Notes: generated by a model not told the origin, from the letters alone. Shown: positions 42,950 to 57,428, numbered from the stretch's first letter. The stretch: 64,000 nucleotides of DNA from Octopus vulgaris (GCA_951406725.2 OX597817.1:28024001-28088000); one strand, 5' to 3'. A program made the numbers and translations.

Positions 42950-43386
42950 GGATCAATTCTGTGTGAGTGAGTGTATGTGCATATACATATCTCAGTCTAC
43001 ATATATATATATATATATTATATATATATATATGTATGTATGTGCGTGTATGTATGAATGTATATGTATAAACATATATGATCATGAATGTGTTTATTTG
43101 TGTTGTATATATTAATCGATACATCGATACGCAAATATATCGAATTTTATGTGTATGTGATCATTTATTTACGAACACGCATACTCATGTATGTATATAA
43201 TATATATATATATATATGTATATAATATATATATGTATATAATGTATATATATATATACATATATATGTTTATATACATATATGTATATACAGGTATATA
43301 AGCTCTCACAATAGATAGGTATATATAAATTCACCTACTTGTAGATATATATACATATGTATCAACGGGTATATTTGTAAATTTAA

Positions 43387-43433
<47 letters not shown>

Positions 43434-43492
43434 CATATATATACACAGATATATATATATATAAATATATTTATACATATACATATATATAC

Positions 43493-43536
<44 letters not shown>

Positions 43537-43659
43537 CTGCAAATATTTTTTCGTATACAAACATATATATGAATATTTATATATCACGTATTTGATGCAC
43601 GTATATATATTTCTATATGTATAAACACACATACAGACGCATATATATATATACATATT

Positions 43660-43716
<57 letters not shown>

Positions 43717-43733
43717 CATATTTCTATACATAT

Positions 43734-43800
<67 letters not shown>

Positions 43801-45600
43801 TACATACATACATACATACATATATACAGAAGCACATACCTCCACACACATATTGAATGCAGGCATAGCTAAATCATTAGAAGTTTGGTTTCTCTCTTTG
43901 GATTCAGTTCTACTGCTTGGCATCTGTTATCGCCTCGTGTTGACCCAAGCTGTGTAAGTGGAAACCCAGTAGACTGACAGAATGTGAAACACCGTCAGAT
44001 GGATTGTATCGGTAATTCAAAATCTCAACTTTGCAACATTGCGTGTCATGCTTTTACCCTGAGAATTGGTTTAATTTAGCAAAAGACATAAACCTGAGGA
44101 TGGAAGGACTTGACCATTATACTTTTATTTCATTTCCCACATCGCTATGATTGCTTTTTTAGAGAAAGAGGATGTTAGTACTCCTACTATTATTTCTGTT
44201 TCTCATTGGGAATTAGGTTTGTCTTGGGTCTCAGATTTGAAATCAATTAGGGTTTTTTTTATCGTATACGTCTATTTGATGCAGATCTTTCCAGGGTTTT
44301 TTAATTTTTTGGCAATCTATTGTGGTTCTGTCCGTCTCATTCGTACGCTGTTGTACTAAATGGACTATTCCTCACAAAACCACAGAACAGGAACGAAGAT
44401 ATTTAATTCATAAAAGTATACGAAAGAACCACAAATACTTGTGTGAAGAATATACGTCACATACTACTCACTGCCATGAAGTATTGGAATACAGATGTAA
44501 TCGAAAATGTACCAGTCGTGTAGCAGTGTTTATCGTGCGTGAAGTAGAAGGTGGCATAGCTGCTGAATGGATTACAGCAGATACAGAACCATAGCCGTGC
44601 AGTAGTACACGCATAGTTACCACAAATTGTCGTCCCGTGTTATCACCCACTAATATCTATCCAAACATCGCACCAAAACTACTGCTGAACGTCAAAGAAC
44701 TCTTACAACTTAACAGAAGTAAAATTCCATGATTGAGAAACCTTGTAGCAAACTGAAGCAATATTCATGGCACTAAAAGAAACACATCAAGTATCAATCA
44801 TAGCTAATGTTGAGATAGATATATCAAAGAAGATTGTTTCGTACTAACAGAAATGAAACAAATCATTGCAGAATAGCCATGTACGTCTTGTGCAACTGTG
44901 GCGTCCTTACTTTCGTAACCACGCTAACACTGCTTGTGAATAACGAATGGTACATATAAAGTAATTTAACGTAGATATATGCACAAAATATGTTACCTCG
45001 AACCATGATGGATAAGTTTGAAAACAGCCTCAGGAAGTTTAAAGCGGTACTAACAGACCTAAACCAAAACATTAATGTACTTGTTTCCCGACGTCATAAT
45101 GACTGATAATAAAATAATTTTAAATACATCACTCCGGAAACAAAGACAAGTAGAATTTCTAAAATGGATTTCTTATCTTTAAGAGCTTATATCAATTTTG
45201 TCTGTTAAAGCTTGATACTTATTCTATCAATCTCCTTTGCCGAGACGGTAGATTACGGGGACATAAACACATTTAGACCGGTTGTCAAGTGGGGATGTTA
45301 TAGCAAAAACAATTTTACAGTAATTTGAAGGGTCATGCCATACTTTGGTAGAGTACAAATTTATTATTTTTTAGGAAGATTAGAGTTGACAGTGACTTCG
45401 AAGATTCAGCCGGCTAAGCCAAGATCGGGCTGGTATATATTATACATTTATTCAAAGCTGAGTCTGCAGCTAGCCTGAGTAATTCCTCTCTACCTAGCAG
45501 CATTCATCTAACTGCAATGTTCACCAATATGAAATGGTATTTAGCTACATATACACCCGTGTGCTTGTTTGCATCTGCCTTGTATGCGTGGCTGTGCGCG

Positions 45601-45885
45601 GTGGTGGTGGTGGTGGTGGTGGTGTTGGTGTTGGTGGTGGTGGTGGTGGTGGTGGTGGTGGAGGTGGTGGTGGTGGTGGTGGTGGTGGTGGTGGTGGTGG
45701 TGGTGGTGGTGGTGGTGGTGGTGGTGGTGGTGGTGGTGGTGGTGGTGGTGGTGGTGGTGGTGGTGGCGTTGGCGGTGGCGGTGGTGGCGGTGGTGACGGT
45801 GGTGGCGGTGGCGGTGTGGTGGTGGCGGCGGTGGTGGTTGTGGTGGTGGTGGCGGTGGTTATTGGTGGTGGTGGTGGTGGTGATG
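45601..45885. repeat. (GGT)n microsatellite
   Basis: Directly visible. Confidence 0.95.
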
Positions 45886-46474
45886 GTAGATGCATGCGTG
45901 TGCGTGAGTTGGATATCGATCATATATATCTTCCCCTTTTGTACCTTCTTTTCCAAACCTATTTTCGGAACCTTTACTCGATATTTTTTTCCCTTTATGG
46001 TTCATCACCATTTTTTTTGGGGGGGGGGGGTCTTTATCTACCCCCGGGAATTTGCTTTTTAACAGTTTCAATTAAATTCATCTTTATTTGTATTTTTGCT
46101 CATGATATTCTTTTCCCCGTCCTTGGCTCTCGTCCACGATCTTTTCCGTTTTTCCTTTCATGCATATTTCGCCATTTTACATGTTACATTCTTCTTCCAG
46201 GAACTCTCATTTCCCTCTAATTCTTATTTCTCTCTCCTCTACACTTTCTCTGACCGTACTCCTTTTCCTCTCCCCCTTTCTTCATCTTCTTCTTTTCTCC
46301 ACCTCTCTCTCTCTCTCTCTACCGCTCTCTTTCTAATTCTCCTCCTTTCGTTATCTCACTCGTTCTCTTACATAAAATGCTTCCGTTACTACTGTCACAT
46401 ATTTATTCGGAGGTTGTGTATATATGTGTGTGCGTACGTGTGCGTGTGTGTTTGTGTGTGTACGTATCTATATG

Positions 46475-46534
<60 letters not shown>

Positions 46535-46584
46535 CATATATATATATATCACAGCGTATATATATGTAAGTATGCATATATATG

Positions 46585-46620
<36 letters not shown>

Positions 46621-46917
46621 CATGATTGTGTATAGATATATGGATATATATATACTTATATATGTATGTATATATATTATATAGATTCGTGCATTTATAC
46701 ATATGTGTATATATATATAAATACATATGCATATATATATATATATATATATATATAATGTATACATGCATATACATATATTCCCTCATCATTAGATTTT
46801 CTCCAGTATACACGTTTAATAATACTACCACCAAACCAATCACTTTCCATCTAATTTCCTCTCTCAAAATTTCTCATAATCTGTCCATCTTTTATCCTTC
46901 TTCTCTTCTTCGTTTTC

Positions 46918-46968
<51 letters not shown>

Positions 46969-47417
46969 TCACTCTTTCTCTCTCTTTCACTTCCTTTTCT
47001 TTTGACACTTTTTATACCAACTTGATATTTTCCACTTGCTCTATCTGGTATAGAGAAGTCACCGAAAACTATAAATGTCCTTCCAGCTGTTTTCATTAAT
47101 ATTAATGAGAATAACCAAGAACACTTTCCTGAATTATTCTTTTCATGCCTTCTTTCCAATTTAATTGAATCATTAATAATAATGTTGCTGAATAGTATGA
47201 CAAGCGAATGCTAAAACAAAGCTTACATTTCACATTTCTCTTTTTATCTTGCCACTTCGTGAATTTTGTTTATCTGTCTAATAATCTATCTGCCTGTTTA
47301 TATATGCATATATATATATATATCAAATACACACATGTTCATATACATGTATATATATATATGTATATATATATATATACGCACCCATATGTATACGAGT
47401 GTATGTGTGTATACTTT

Positions 47418-47455
<38 letters not shown>

Positions 47456-47529
47456 TACTTATACATACACCTGTATACATTTATATATATATATATATAC
47501 AAATGCGAGTATACATTTATACATATACA

Positions 47530-47574
<45 letters not shown>

Positions 47575-48406
47575 CTATATGTATGTATGTATGTATGTAT
47601 GTGTCTCTATACATATATGTGTGTATACATGTACGTGTTTCAATAGTTATATCTATGGTGAGCTGTCTGTGTATTTATCAATCACTTGTTAACACTTTAT
47701 ATAATGTTAATTTTTTTCTCTCGTCTACGTCAATCGTTGTTTCCTTATTTCTTACATATGTGTGTACGTGTCTGCAAGTAAATTGCCACGTGCCTTTTAT
47801 CTATACTTTGCCTCTTGTTAACGTGTATCATTTTCAATAGAAAATTATCCATCTTTACATCTGTTTACATATATATACTATGTACCTGTATGCACTTGTG
47901 TATGTGTTGCTTCTCTCCTTAAGCATAAAAATATGATTGCAAATGGGTAATGTTGACTCTGTTTAGATATGTTAAGCATGGTACTGCACCATAAGCCAGA
48001 TCGCTACCTAAGACACGATAAATTGCTTTGTCTTTCTTTCGATATCAGAAATTGAATCATTGAGAGTATAAAATATGGGGTAACCTACCCAATGACCGCA
48101 AGTTCATATCTATTGCCAGTTCCACCATATATTTCTTAAAACGAACACTATATTTTGCAGAGGTTTGAGGAATGTTGTCTCCAGTTGACGCTTCTCATAC
48201 AAGGAAACTTGTGTTAATCATCACCGTTACCTTCAGATCATCGAAAATAATATAAAACAATATTATGGTGATTTGTACTTTTTATAATGCATTTCTCTCC
48301 TCACTCTCGCACCCCACTGTATTTTACTCATTTATATATATGCCTCTGTGTGCGTATATATGTGTGTGTGTGTTTGTGTGTGCATGTATTAATACATTAT
48401 ATATAT

Positions 48407-48645
48407 ATACTATATAATTAGGGTTCAGCAACAATTTGCTTCACTGCACTCAGAAGTTTAGAAATAGCAGTCAAAAAATCTTAGCTACTCCCTTCTAAAC
48501 TTCGGTGTGTGGTGAAGCAAATTGTTGCTGAACCCTAATTATATAGTATTACTTAAACTTACCTTGAAATGGTCTTTTTCATGCCGAATTCTACTTTGTG
48601 AAGTTACTGATTACTACTTAATTAATTAATTTCACCCTTTGTTAT

Positions 48646-48650
<5 letters not shown>
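48407..48650 (+). mobile_element. Fold-back fragment of the 62565-63245 family
   Basis: Palindrome 48407-48549; the reverse complement of 48490-48650 aligns to 63045-63200. Confidence 0.85.
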
Positions 48651-48733
<83 letters not shown>

Positions 48734-48735
<2 letters not shown>

Positions 48736-49052
48736 ACTCCGTCGGTTACGACGACGAGGGTTCCAGCTGATACGATCAACGGAATAGCTTGCTCGTGAAA
48801 TTAACGTGCAAGTGACTGAGCAATCTTTAGACACGTGTACCCCTAACGTAGTTCTCAGGGAGATTCCGCATGACACAGAGTGTGACAAGGCCGGCCCTTT
48901 GAAATATAGGTACAATTCCTTTTTGTCAGCTGAGTGGACTGGAGCAATGTGAAATAAAGTGTCTTGCTGAGGACACAACGCGTCGCCGGGAATTGAGCTC
49001 ACGACCTTATAATCGTGAGCCGAATGCCCTAACCACTAAGCCACGCGACTTC
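48734..49052 (-). mobile_element. SINE (head 2, tail 2)
   Basis: Tail shared with 23184; head shared with 56445. Confidence 0.88.
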
Positions 49053-49100
<48 letters not shown>

Positions 49101-49240
49101 ATGTGTGTTTGTTTGTGTGTGTGTGTATGTATGTATGTATGTATATCGTATTTATACATATATACACATACATATGCATAAGCGCCAACACACGAACTCT
49201 CAGACCTTGAATCGCTCTGTTACTTCTGCTAAATATTAGC

Positions 49241-49271
<31 letters not shown>

Positions 49272-49432
49272 TTAATCAGTCGAAATTGGTAAGATGATCC
49301 GGTTCCTGACTGAAGATTAGAGGCTTCGAATGACCTGTCTGTTTTTTTGTGTCGTCTCTTTGTGTAGTTTGCGTTCTTGTCCCCTTTTGTACATTTTATA
49401 TATAAGTTTTATACATATATATATATATATAT

Positions 49433-49698
49433 ATAATAATTCTCTAAAAGGGATATAGACAGTAACTGCTCGATAACAAAGGGACTAAAGCCATCTGAAT
49501 ATGGCTAGGGACAGGGGGTGGTGGGGTGTTACTGTTGCATTTAGCCCCAGGCGAACATCGACGTCACCAGAAAGGCTCGACACCGTCACGGTGCCCTTAA
49601 GGGTGACGTCGATGTTCGCCTGGGGCTAAATGCAACAGTAACACCCCCACCACCCTGCCCTGTCCCTAGCCATATTCAGATGGCTTTAGTCCCTTATG

Positions 49699-49702
<4 letters not shown>
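49433..49702. mobile_element. Fold-back element (~96-bp arms) between (TA)n arrays
   Basis: Arms 49473-49568 and 49602-49702; the unique leader is homologous to the reverse complement of 57221-57267. Confidence 0.9.
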
Positions 49703-49742
<40 letters not shown>

Positions 49743-50229
49743 AATTCAGGGTGAATCCTTGATAACTGTAAGCACCTGTATATGCCGGTTAGTGGTGTAG
49801 GTGATAGAGTATATTTATCAAAAGAAAAACAGGATGCAAATATATATATATATTATCTTGGATGCATGCAAGTGGCAGCGGGCTAAATTTAATAGCTTCA
49901 CTCCATTGCTGTGAGGAGCACCATGTCAAGAACCTTTAGTCGGGCAATTTCTAGATACATCTTGAACGTGCTTGACTGGACTAACGTGATATAAAACTCT
50001 GACTAGCAACAATCAGAATCATCAACTCAATTTCATATGTGTAAGAGTATATGTTAAGTGTTTTTGTCTATGAGTGTATTTGTGTATGTGGGGACCAGCT
50101 TCCCTTTAAATCAACAAACCACAGACTTGCGAGTTGTTAAATACACGTCTGATTGGTAAAGTAATTTAAAAATTCAGACGCAAACTTGAAACTACATCAT
50201 AAATGTTTTTAAGTGATTTCGGCAAGCAT

Positions 50230-50460
50230 TTTACAGCAAGGAGCCAGTGCAACACCTTATCACACGTAACATAGAACAAAAACAGTCATGAAATCTCTAA
50301 TTGACTTCACAAATGCGACCAAAAAAATAAATAAATAAATAAATAAAAGAAGAAGAAGAAGAAACAACTACGAGACGATTTGTTATAGAAGCTATATTAA
50401 TAGGAAAATACCACGAAGAAATCATCTCGCAGACAGTACCTTCTTGTAAACAAGTTAACA
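50230..50460 (+). pseudogene. Possible highly decayed PLE GIY-YIG C-terminal fragment
   Basis: Peptide relics IDFTNAT and RRFVIEAILIGK. Confidence 0.35.
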
Positions 50461-50732
50461 TCACGTTATTACATGATTGCGAAAAGTTATTTGATGATTG
50501 CTAAATGAAACATGACGTTAATGGTTATACATTTAAAGTCTGATGATAACAAATGAGAAGCAGACACATCAGAGTTCAATTTATTCTTGATTTTGATGCA
50601 AATAGTAATAATAACCCTGCCACTAAAGTAATTTTCTCTAGGAGACATCATCAAGTTTTGAAACATCGATATACCTACAGAATTTATTTTTCAAATTGGA
50701 ACGTAATGAACTACTAATATTAAAAATGCTTA

Positions 50733-51110
50733 AGGCGGCAAGCTGGTAGACTCGTTACTGCGCCGAGGAAAATGGTTAGCAGCACGTCTTCCGACTTCTG
50801 ATTTCGAGTTCAAATCTCACTGGGATCGACTTCGTCTTTCGTACCTTCGTGATCAATAAAATAAGTACCAGTTAATGACTAAGGTCAATGTAATCGCTGG
50901 CCATGTGCCATGGCAGAATCGTTAGCACACCGGATAAAATGCCTAGCTGCATTTCGTCCGTCTTTACGTTTTGGTCTCAAATGCCCCCAGGATTGACTTT
51001 ATCGTCCATTCTTTTGAAGGTCAATAAAATACGTACCAGTAGAGTACTAAGGTCACTTCAATCGACTTATCCACTTCCCCAAGTTAGTTGGCCACCTGCC
51101 AAAATATGAA
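50733..51110 (+). mobile_element. Two decayed family B-like SINEs in tandem
   Basis: ggcggcaagctggtaga..gttcaaatc..aataagtaccag, then tggcagaatcgttagcac..gtaccag. Confidence 0.75.
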
Positions 51111-51241
51111 ATCATTATTATTATAATAATTATTATTATTATTGTTGTTGTTGTTGTTATTATTATTATCATTATTATTATTATCAGCATCATCATCATC
51201 ATTATCATCATCATCATCATCATTATTATTATTATTATTAC

Positions 51242-51313
<72 letters not shown>

Positions 51314-51406
51314 GTTTTTTTCTGCTTTCTTCAAATTTTCTTCCGTTTCTCGCCGAGTGTTTTCCATACACCTAGGGCTGAGAAGCTCATTGTATGCATT
51401 CCCAGA

Positions 51407-51534
<128 letters not shown>

Positions 51535-51874
51535 CGCAAAAAAGAAAATAACACTGACATCTCATTTCTAGAGATATATTTACAAAAATTACAAAAATAT
51601 ATCTTGAAATACCATTACCTGCCACTTTGTATCTTCTGGATACATATTATCTCTCATATATACACATAGATATAAATATACTATATATTCCATGTGTAAC
51701 AGCAATTCTACCTCGCCTAAGAGTAGCTGCTTGCAAATTATAAAATTATATTTACCTCTATAACAGACCCTATTATGAAAAAGGCTTAAATCCTGTATTA
51801 TCCCAGTTAAAACATAAACATATGTATGCATATATATGTAATACATTTACGTGTGTAGATATGTGTGCGTGTGT

Positions 51875-51942
<68 letters not shown>

Positions 51943-53200
51943 ATAATATTAAGGAATATATATACACACACATATATTATATTATATTATTATATTTTAT
52001 ATTTTATATATACTCTTTTACTTGTTTCAGTCATTTGACTCTAGCAATGCATAAATATCTTCTTATATCCTTACATCCTTTAAGATTTTTTCATAATGCT
52101 GGAAATATTTTTATATAATTATATTTTTTATATAAGTTTATCTGTTATAGAATCAATTATCCCATTTTTTTGCCTTTAATCCCTCGTTGTCCGTCAATAG
52201 AAAACGTGTATCTCTTTCTCGAATATCTGAATGTAATTCTGGGTTCACTGTTTGAATGGTTTTATCTTGACCACCTTAAAAGTTTGCTAGAATAGAATCT
52301 TTTATTCTATATAAAAGTATTCTATTTTTAGGGCTTAAGTTGGTGTATCTTACTTCTTATCTTATTTGGTCCTCACATTTCTTTCTAAATTTTTTAATTT
52401 TATTTTTTTGTTATACAAAATATAATAATATATAAACTTTGCTAAATTTTGGCTATATTTTCCCCCTGTACCCTTAATGCCCATTTATATCTCATTGTGA
52501 CGTCCTTTGTTTTCTATTTTAGGCCCCTCTAACTGATAATAATAAAATAGTCTATGTCACCCCTACCCTCCCTCTTCCTGGGTATATACCACTATCTTAC
52601 TGACATCTGAGATTTGTTTCTTTATGTAATCATAGCGATTTTGTAACCATAGTAAATTAGGAGTTTGGGAGAGTATCTGTCATTAATTAATTTCTTATCA
52701 TCAGCTAGAACTTAACTGTCAATTCCAAATGGTTTTAATTCTTAGCTGACGTAGTAACAAGAAGCATTAGATCTTCTGATGGTGATAAGGAGATAGATAA
52801 ATGCAGCTGTATTACCATGTCATTGTTATTCTCTTCTCCCACTCCAAATTATAATTGGAGTATTTTCTCCCTAAGTTCATTCTGCTACAATAATAGCAAC
52901 AAGCATGTATTTCTTTTATTCCCTAGTCCTGGTGCAATATTTGCTAAAAACATTAATGCTGTATCCTGTATGTTCCTATATGGTCTTATGCATCCGAAGA
53001 AGACGGTGTATTTCAACTTGATGTAATGCTTGCATTGCTCGATTAAATGGAGCCACCTGAAACGGCCGTAATGCATTGATACCTTGACATCGTTGTTACT
53101 TATTTGCTTTTTATTCACCTTACTTCGAGCTGTGCGGAAAATATCGGACTGACTTGGTGCCTCAATTTAAGTACCTAATTCAACTGAATCTTAATCATTT

Positions 53201-53332
<132 letters not shown>

Positions 53333-53334
53333 TA

Positions 53335-54065
53335 CTTGAAGTAGTTTGGTTGAAGCAGTGATGTAAATTTAAACAGATGTGTCGTGTAATGCCAGAACAA
53401 TGCGAGAAGGAAGAGAGAAAGAAAACAAAACAAACACATAACAAAGTTACAGCTTTATCTTGTATTTCTATGTTTTGGTGTTATGACTTCTTCTTCGGGA
53501 CATCTGGAAAAAGCAGCAGGTGGAAAATGTCGTTGTTTAGATGTGTGCTGGAGGAAGGGGGAAGGTGAGGGGCGCAGACTGGTGTTCCTATTGTTAATAC
53601 CTGGTTTCAATTAAGGCGGTGAGCTGGCAGAAACGTTAGCACGCCGGGCGAAATGCGTAGCCGTAGTTCGTCTGCCGTTACGTTCTGGGTTCAAATTGCG
53701 CCGGGGTCGACTTTGCCTTTCATCCTTTCGGGGTCGATAAATTAAGTACCAGTTACGCACTGGGGTCGATGTAATCGACTTAATCCGTTTGTCTGTCTTT
53801 GTTTGTCCCCTCTGTGTTTAGCCCCTTTTGGGTAGTAAAGAAATATAATACCTGGTTTCAATTTGTTTATAATGAGGGCGTCTATGATTCTGAGACTGCC
53901 TCTGTCTCGTTGGATGGCCTTGAAGGACATTTTTAAAATTCTGGGTTTGGTACTTCTTTAGTTGTTTCTCTATTGAAGAGTCCGTGTGCATATGTTGTTT
54001 TATACGGATGTGCAATTTCCTGGTGGTGCTACCTACGTAGGATGACCCACATTTAAATACGAACT
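53335..54065 (-). mobile_element. 3' end of a Penelope-like element (GIY-YIG relic plus 3' region)
   Basis: Minus strand CGSSYVGSTTRKLHIRIKQH and LRIIDALIINKLKPGIN; abuts (TA)n. Confidence 0.75.
53613..53845 (+). mobile_element. SINE family B with 18-bp TSD
   Basis: TSD TAATACCTGGTTTCAATT at 53595-53612 and 53846-53863. Confidence 0.93.
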
Positions 54066-55356
54066 AACGTTCATAATCAGAGAGGTTGGTATAACTACGT
54101 TGGCAAGCGTTATTATCAACTGACACATCTAAGAGTAATAAATCTGTGTTGCTTTTTGTGTGTGTGTTCTATTTAAGTGTTGGGATTAAGGTACGGAGAT
54201 CGGCATCATGCTTTTATGGGTGAGGACACCGATTGGGATTTGGTAAAGTGATAAAATGTTTGTTGCATTAATTTGGAGTCTCATTCGAAAAGATCAAAGA
54301 GTGGTTAAGGCTCAATACGATCGTAATTTTTATTCGTGTACCATGAAGTACACACGATTTGAGTTTCATTATTATGTAACTGGACAAAATTTTCTAAATC
54401 TCCTTTTTACTGTTTTAGAGATCACTTCGTGATAATCGTCTGTGTTTGATGAGAGTCGTTAAGTTATTATACTAATGGGGCATATATAGTGAAGATAAGG
54501 AAATAGCATTGAAATTTGTTGTCTTCTTATGGATAGCTGAAGTGAACGTAGTAGCTAGCCGAATGTTGATGCAGCGCAATGATAAAAGAAGATTGTATGT
54601 ATTATATATTTATCACGGTATGTCTATGTTAGCCAATTAACTTTTTACTGAAAAATTTCTTGGTATAATTCCACTTGTGCTTGCCTCTATGATTTCCCAA
54701 AACGTTAGAATATTCGGCTTTTAAAACTCATTTGTTAATGGTTTACTTAGTCACATTATCACATTTAGCGTTAGAAATATAAATAGAATATAACTTTTTA
54801 AGCCCTTTCAATGAACATCACATGAACAACGCATTTTCCTTTTTCGCCAACTTTCAGTAGTATTCTTAAGGGAAAACCAGACGTTTCTAAAAAGAAAGCC
54901 GCGGCATTTTTTTTTTTTCTAATTATGTGAAAACAATTAAAGCGTATACAAAATTTAAAAGCTAATATTTTTAAACAACGCAGATATAAAAGGTGTTTTA
55001 GGACAAAAAATATTAAAAATATTAATTCTGCATCTTTTTGCAAGTTATAGTGGTCGCCTCATTCATTATACTTGACACAGCTTAAAATCTATCTGTCACC
55101 CTTGGTTTTATCAATTTTGAGAGCATCCTTTCTTCCTCCATGTCTATCATTCTCTTTTAATACAAAATCAAAAAAATATATGTATATGTGTGTATATAAT
55201 TCTCATTAGCTATTTAGATAGATAGCTGGTTAGATAGATAGAGAGAGAGAGAGAGAGAGGGAGGGACAGAAAGGTAGATAGATAGATACATACATACACA
55301 CAAGCATGTACAGATGCGCACATATATACGCACACGCACACATGTTGAGAGAGAGA

Positions 55357-55389
<33 letters not shown>

Positions 55390-56444
55390 ACAGACCTGTA
55401 TACATATATATACATGTGTGTAAGTGCATATGCGTGTGTGTGTGATTGTTCAGTTTTATTTCAACAACAGGCTATTTTTGTTTGAATGTATGTATATATG
55501 TTTGTATGTATGTATTTACGCATGCATGCATGTATGTATGTATGTATGTATGTATGTATGTATGTATGTATGTATGTATGTATGTATGCATGTATGTCAG
55601 GTCACTTATGAGGCTTTCATAAGTGCTATTGGTAACATGGAATCCAGTACAAACTGTTGCATGGTCGGGTTACCGTCGACTAAACTTGCACCCCCACCAT
55701 GCTATCCTGGTGAGAAGGGTTGCTAGAAACCCAGCAAAATTAAAAACAAAACCTGTTTAAAGGTCGGATGAACCAAGTGCAGGCTCAGCAGCTACCTAGC
55801 TACAGCACGAGTACGCAAAAATTCCAGGATGGTGTCCGGCGTGCTGAAAGACCACCGGGAAGCATGTCTCTAGGAGGTCACTCTGATATAAAACCAGATA
55901 TGCAGGGAATGGCATTGGATATTTTGGGATCTTTGGTTTGTACTAGAGATCATGGCACATCCCTGAGTCTGCGACTCATATTGGCACTGGACGTCTTGCT
56001 CTGACTTGTCTTTAGAGGTGGGGTTATGAGGTGTCGTGCAAGCCTTATTGGACCTAAAATTTTTCACAGGCATTGCTAACCTCTGCTCGATATGTGCCTT
56101 TTTCTTTTTTTCTTATTTCTCTTTTTTCCCTATATATATATTTTATTTTATTTTCAGTATATATTTATATATTTTCAGTATATTTTTATTTTATTTTATT
56201 CGGAAGTCCTGCGGCCATGGGAAGGTGATGAAGCATGCAGACCTGACGGATTGGAAGCATGTAGTCAGTGACCTGCACGTAGGCGACCCATGCTAGATAC
56301 AAAGTCGTCTCCTTGTCGCCCAAGACAGCAATAGGATTCGATTACTGCATGGGTGTCTGAGCAGCTCTATTTGGAGAGGCCACTGCTCACCCGGAGGCCA
56401 AGGTGAACCAAAAGTTGTCTGTCTATCTGTCTCTGATCAGTTTA

Positions 56445-56772
56445 GCGTCACTGACGGATGGTTAGAGCGTCGGGCTCTCAATCATGAGGTAGTGAGTTCG
56501 ATTCCCGGACCGGGCTATGTGTTGTGTTCTTGGGAAAAGCATTTTACTTCACATTGCTCCGGTTCATTCATCTGTAGAAATCAGTTGCGACGTCACTAGT
56601 GCCAAACTGTATCAGCCTTTGCCATTGCCCTGAATAACATCGGTGGAATGGAAAGAGGAGACTTGGTATGCATGGGTGACTGCTGGTCTTCCATAAACAA
56701 CCTTGCCCAGATTTGTGCCTCGGGATGGAACTTTCTTGGTGTAATTCCATGGTCATTCATGACCGAGGGGAT
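56445..56772 (+). mobile_element. tRNA-derived SINE (head 2, tail 3)
   Basis: TGGTTAGAGCG..GAGTTCGATTCCC A/B boxes; central block shared with 48734-49052. Confidence 0.8.
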
Positions 56773-56781
56773 CATTTAGAT

Positions 56782-57428
56782 CAATGCTTTTCAAACTATT
56801 TGATGTGGAGTACCGGCAGTTTTTTTTTCCAATATGCAGAGACCGGTAATATTTCTTAGTAATATTAGTTTATACTGGAAACAATATATATAATGTGAAG
56901 TATATATGCCACTTAAATGTGGCTAACCCTTAAATGTGGATGCTACTGTAGCTTGTAGCCCCAGGAGGACACTTTCTCCAACTGCTATTGACACACTTTC
57001 TGTGACCTGTGCAAATACTGATTAATCAATACCCAGAAACTCGAGTCCGTGTGTATCATGTTAGATTGAAGAGAGGAAAGATGGCTTCCCTTTGCAAATA
57101 CTGGTAGGTCACAGAAAATGTGTCAATAGCCATCTGGAGGAGGTGTCCTCCTGGGGCTACAAGCTACAGTGGCATCCACCCTTAAGGGTTAGCCATATTT
57201 AAGAGGCAAATATGCTTCACGTTGACGTGCAGCTACTGTTTATACCTCGCTCAGAGATTTATTATTAATATATATAATGAATATAATAAAAGTTTGTAAA
57301 CAAATAATACAATGTTACATAAAAAAAGTTATACAATATTACATAAGCATTTTATTTTGTTTCTTTCTTTTCTGGAAAAACGCCGCGTACCGGCACCGGT
57401 TTGTGGACCACCTCTTTGAGTAGCAGTG
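56782..57428. mobile_element. hAT (Charlie-like) MITE with 8-bp TSD
   Basis: Ends CAATGCTTTTCAAA and TTTGAGTAGCAGTG; TSD ATTTAGAT/CTTTAGAT; subterminal ACCGG repeats. Confidence 0.8.
56895..57267 (+). mobile_element. Fold-back element nested in the hAT MITE
   Basis: Arms 56895-57008 and 57106-57220; AATATATATAATG on both flanks; GAAAC-TCGA-GTC hammerhead half in the spacer. Confidence 0.85.

Noticed and set aside
44322-45100. Possible FLYWCH/Mutator transposase relic (EYRCNRKCTSR)
   Set aside because: Too degenerate; no catalytic motif or TIRs identified.
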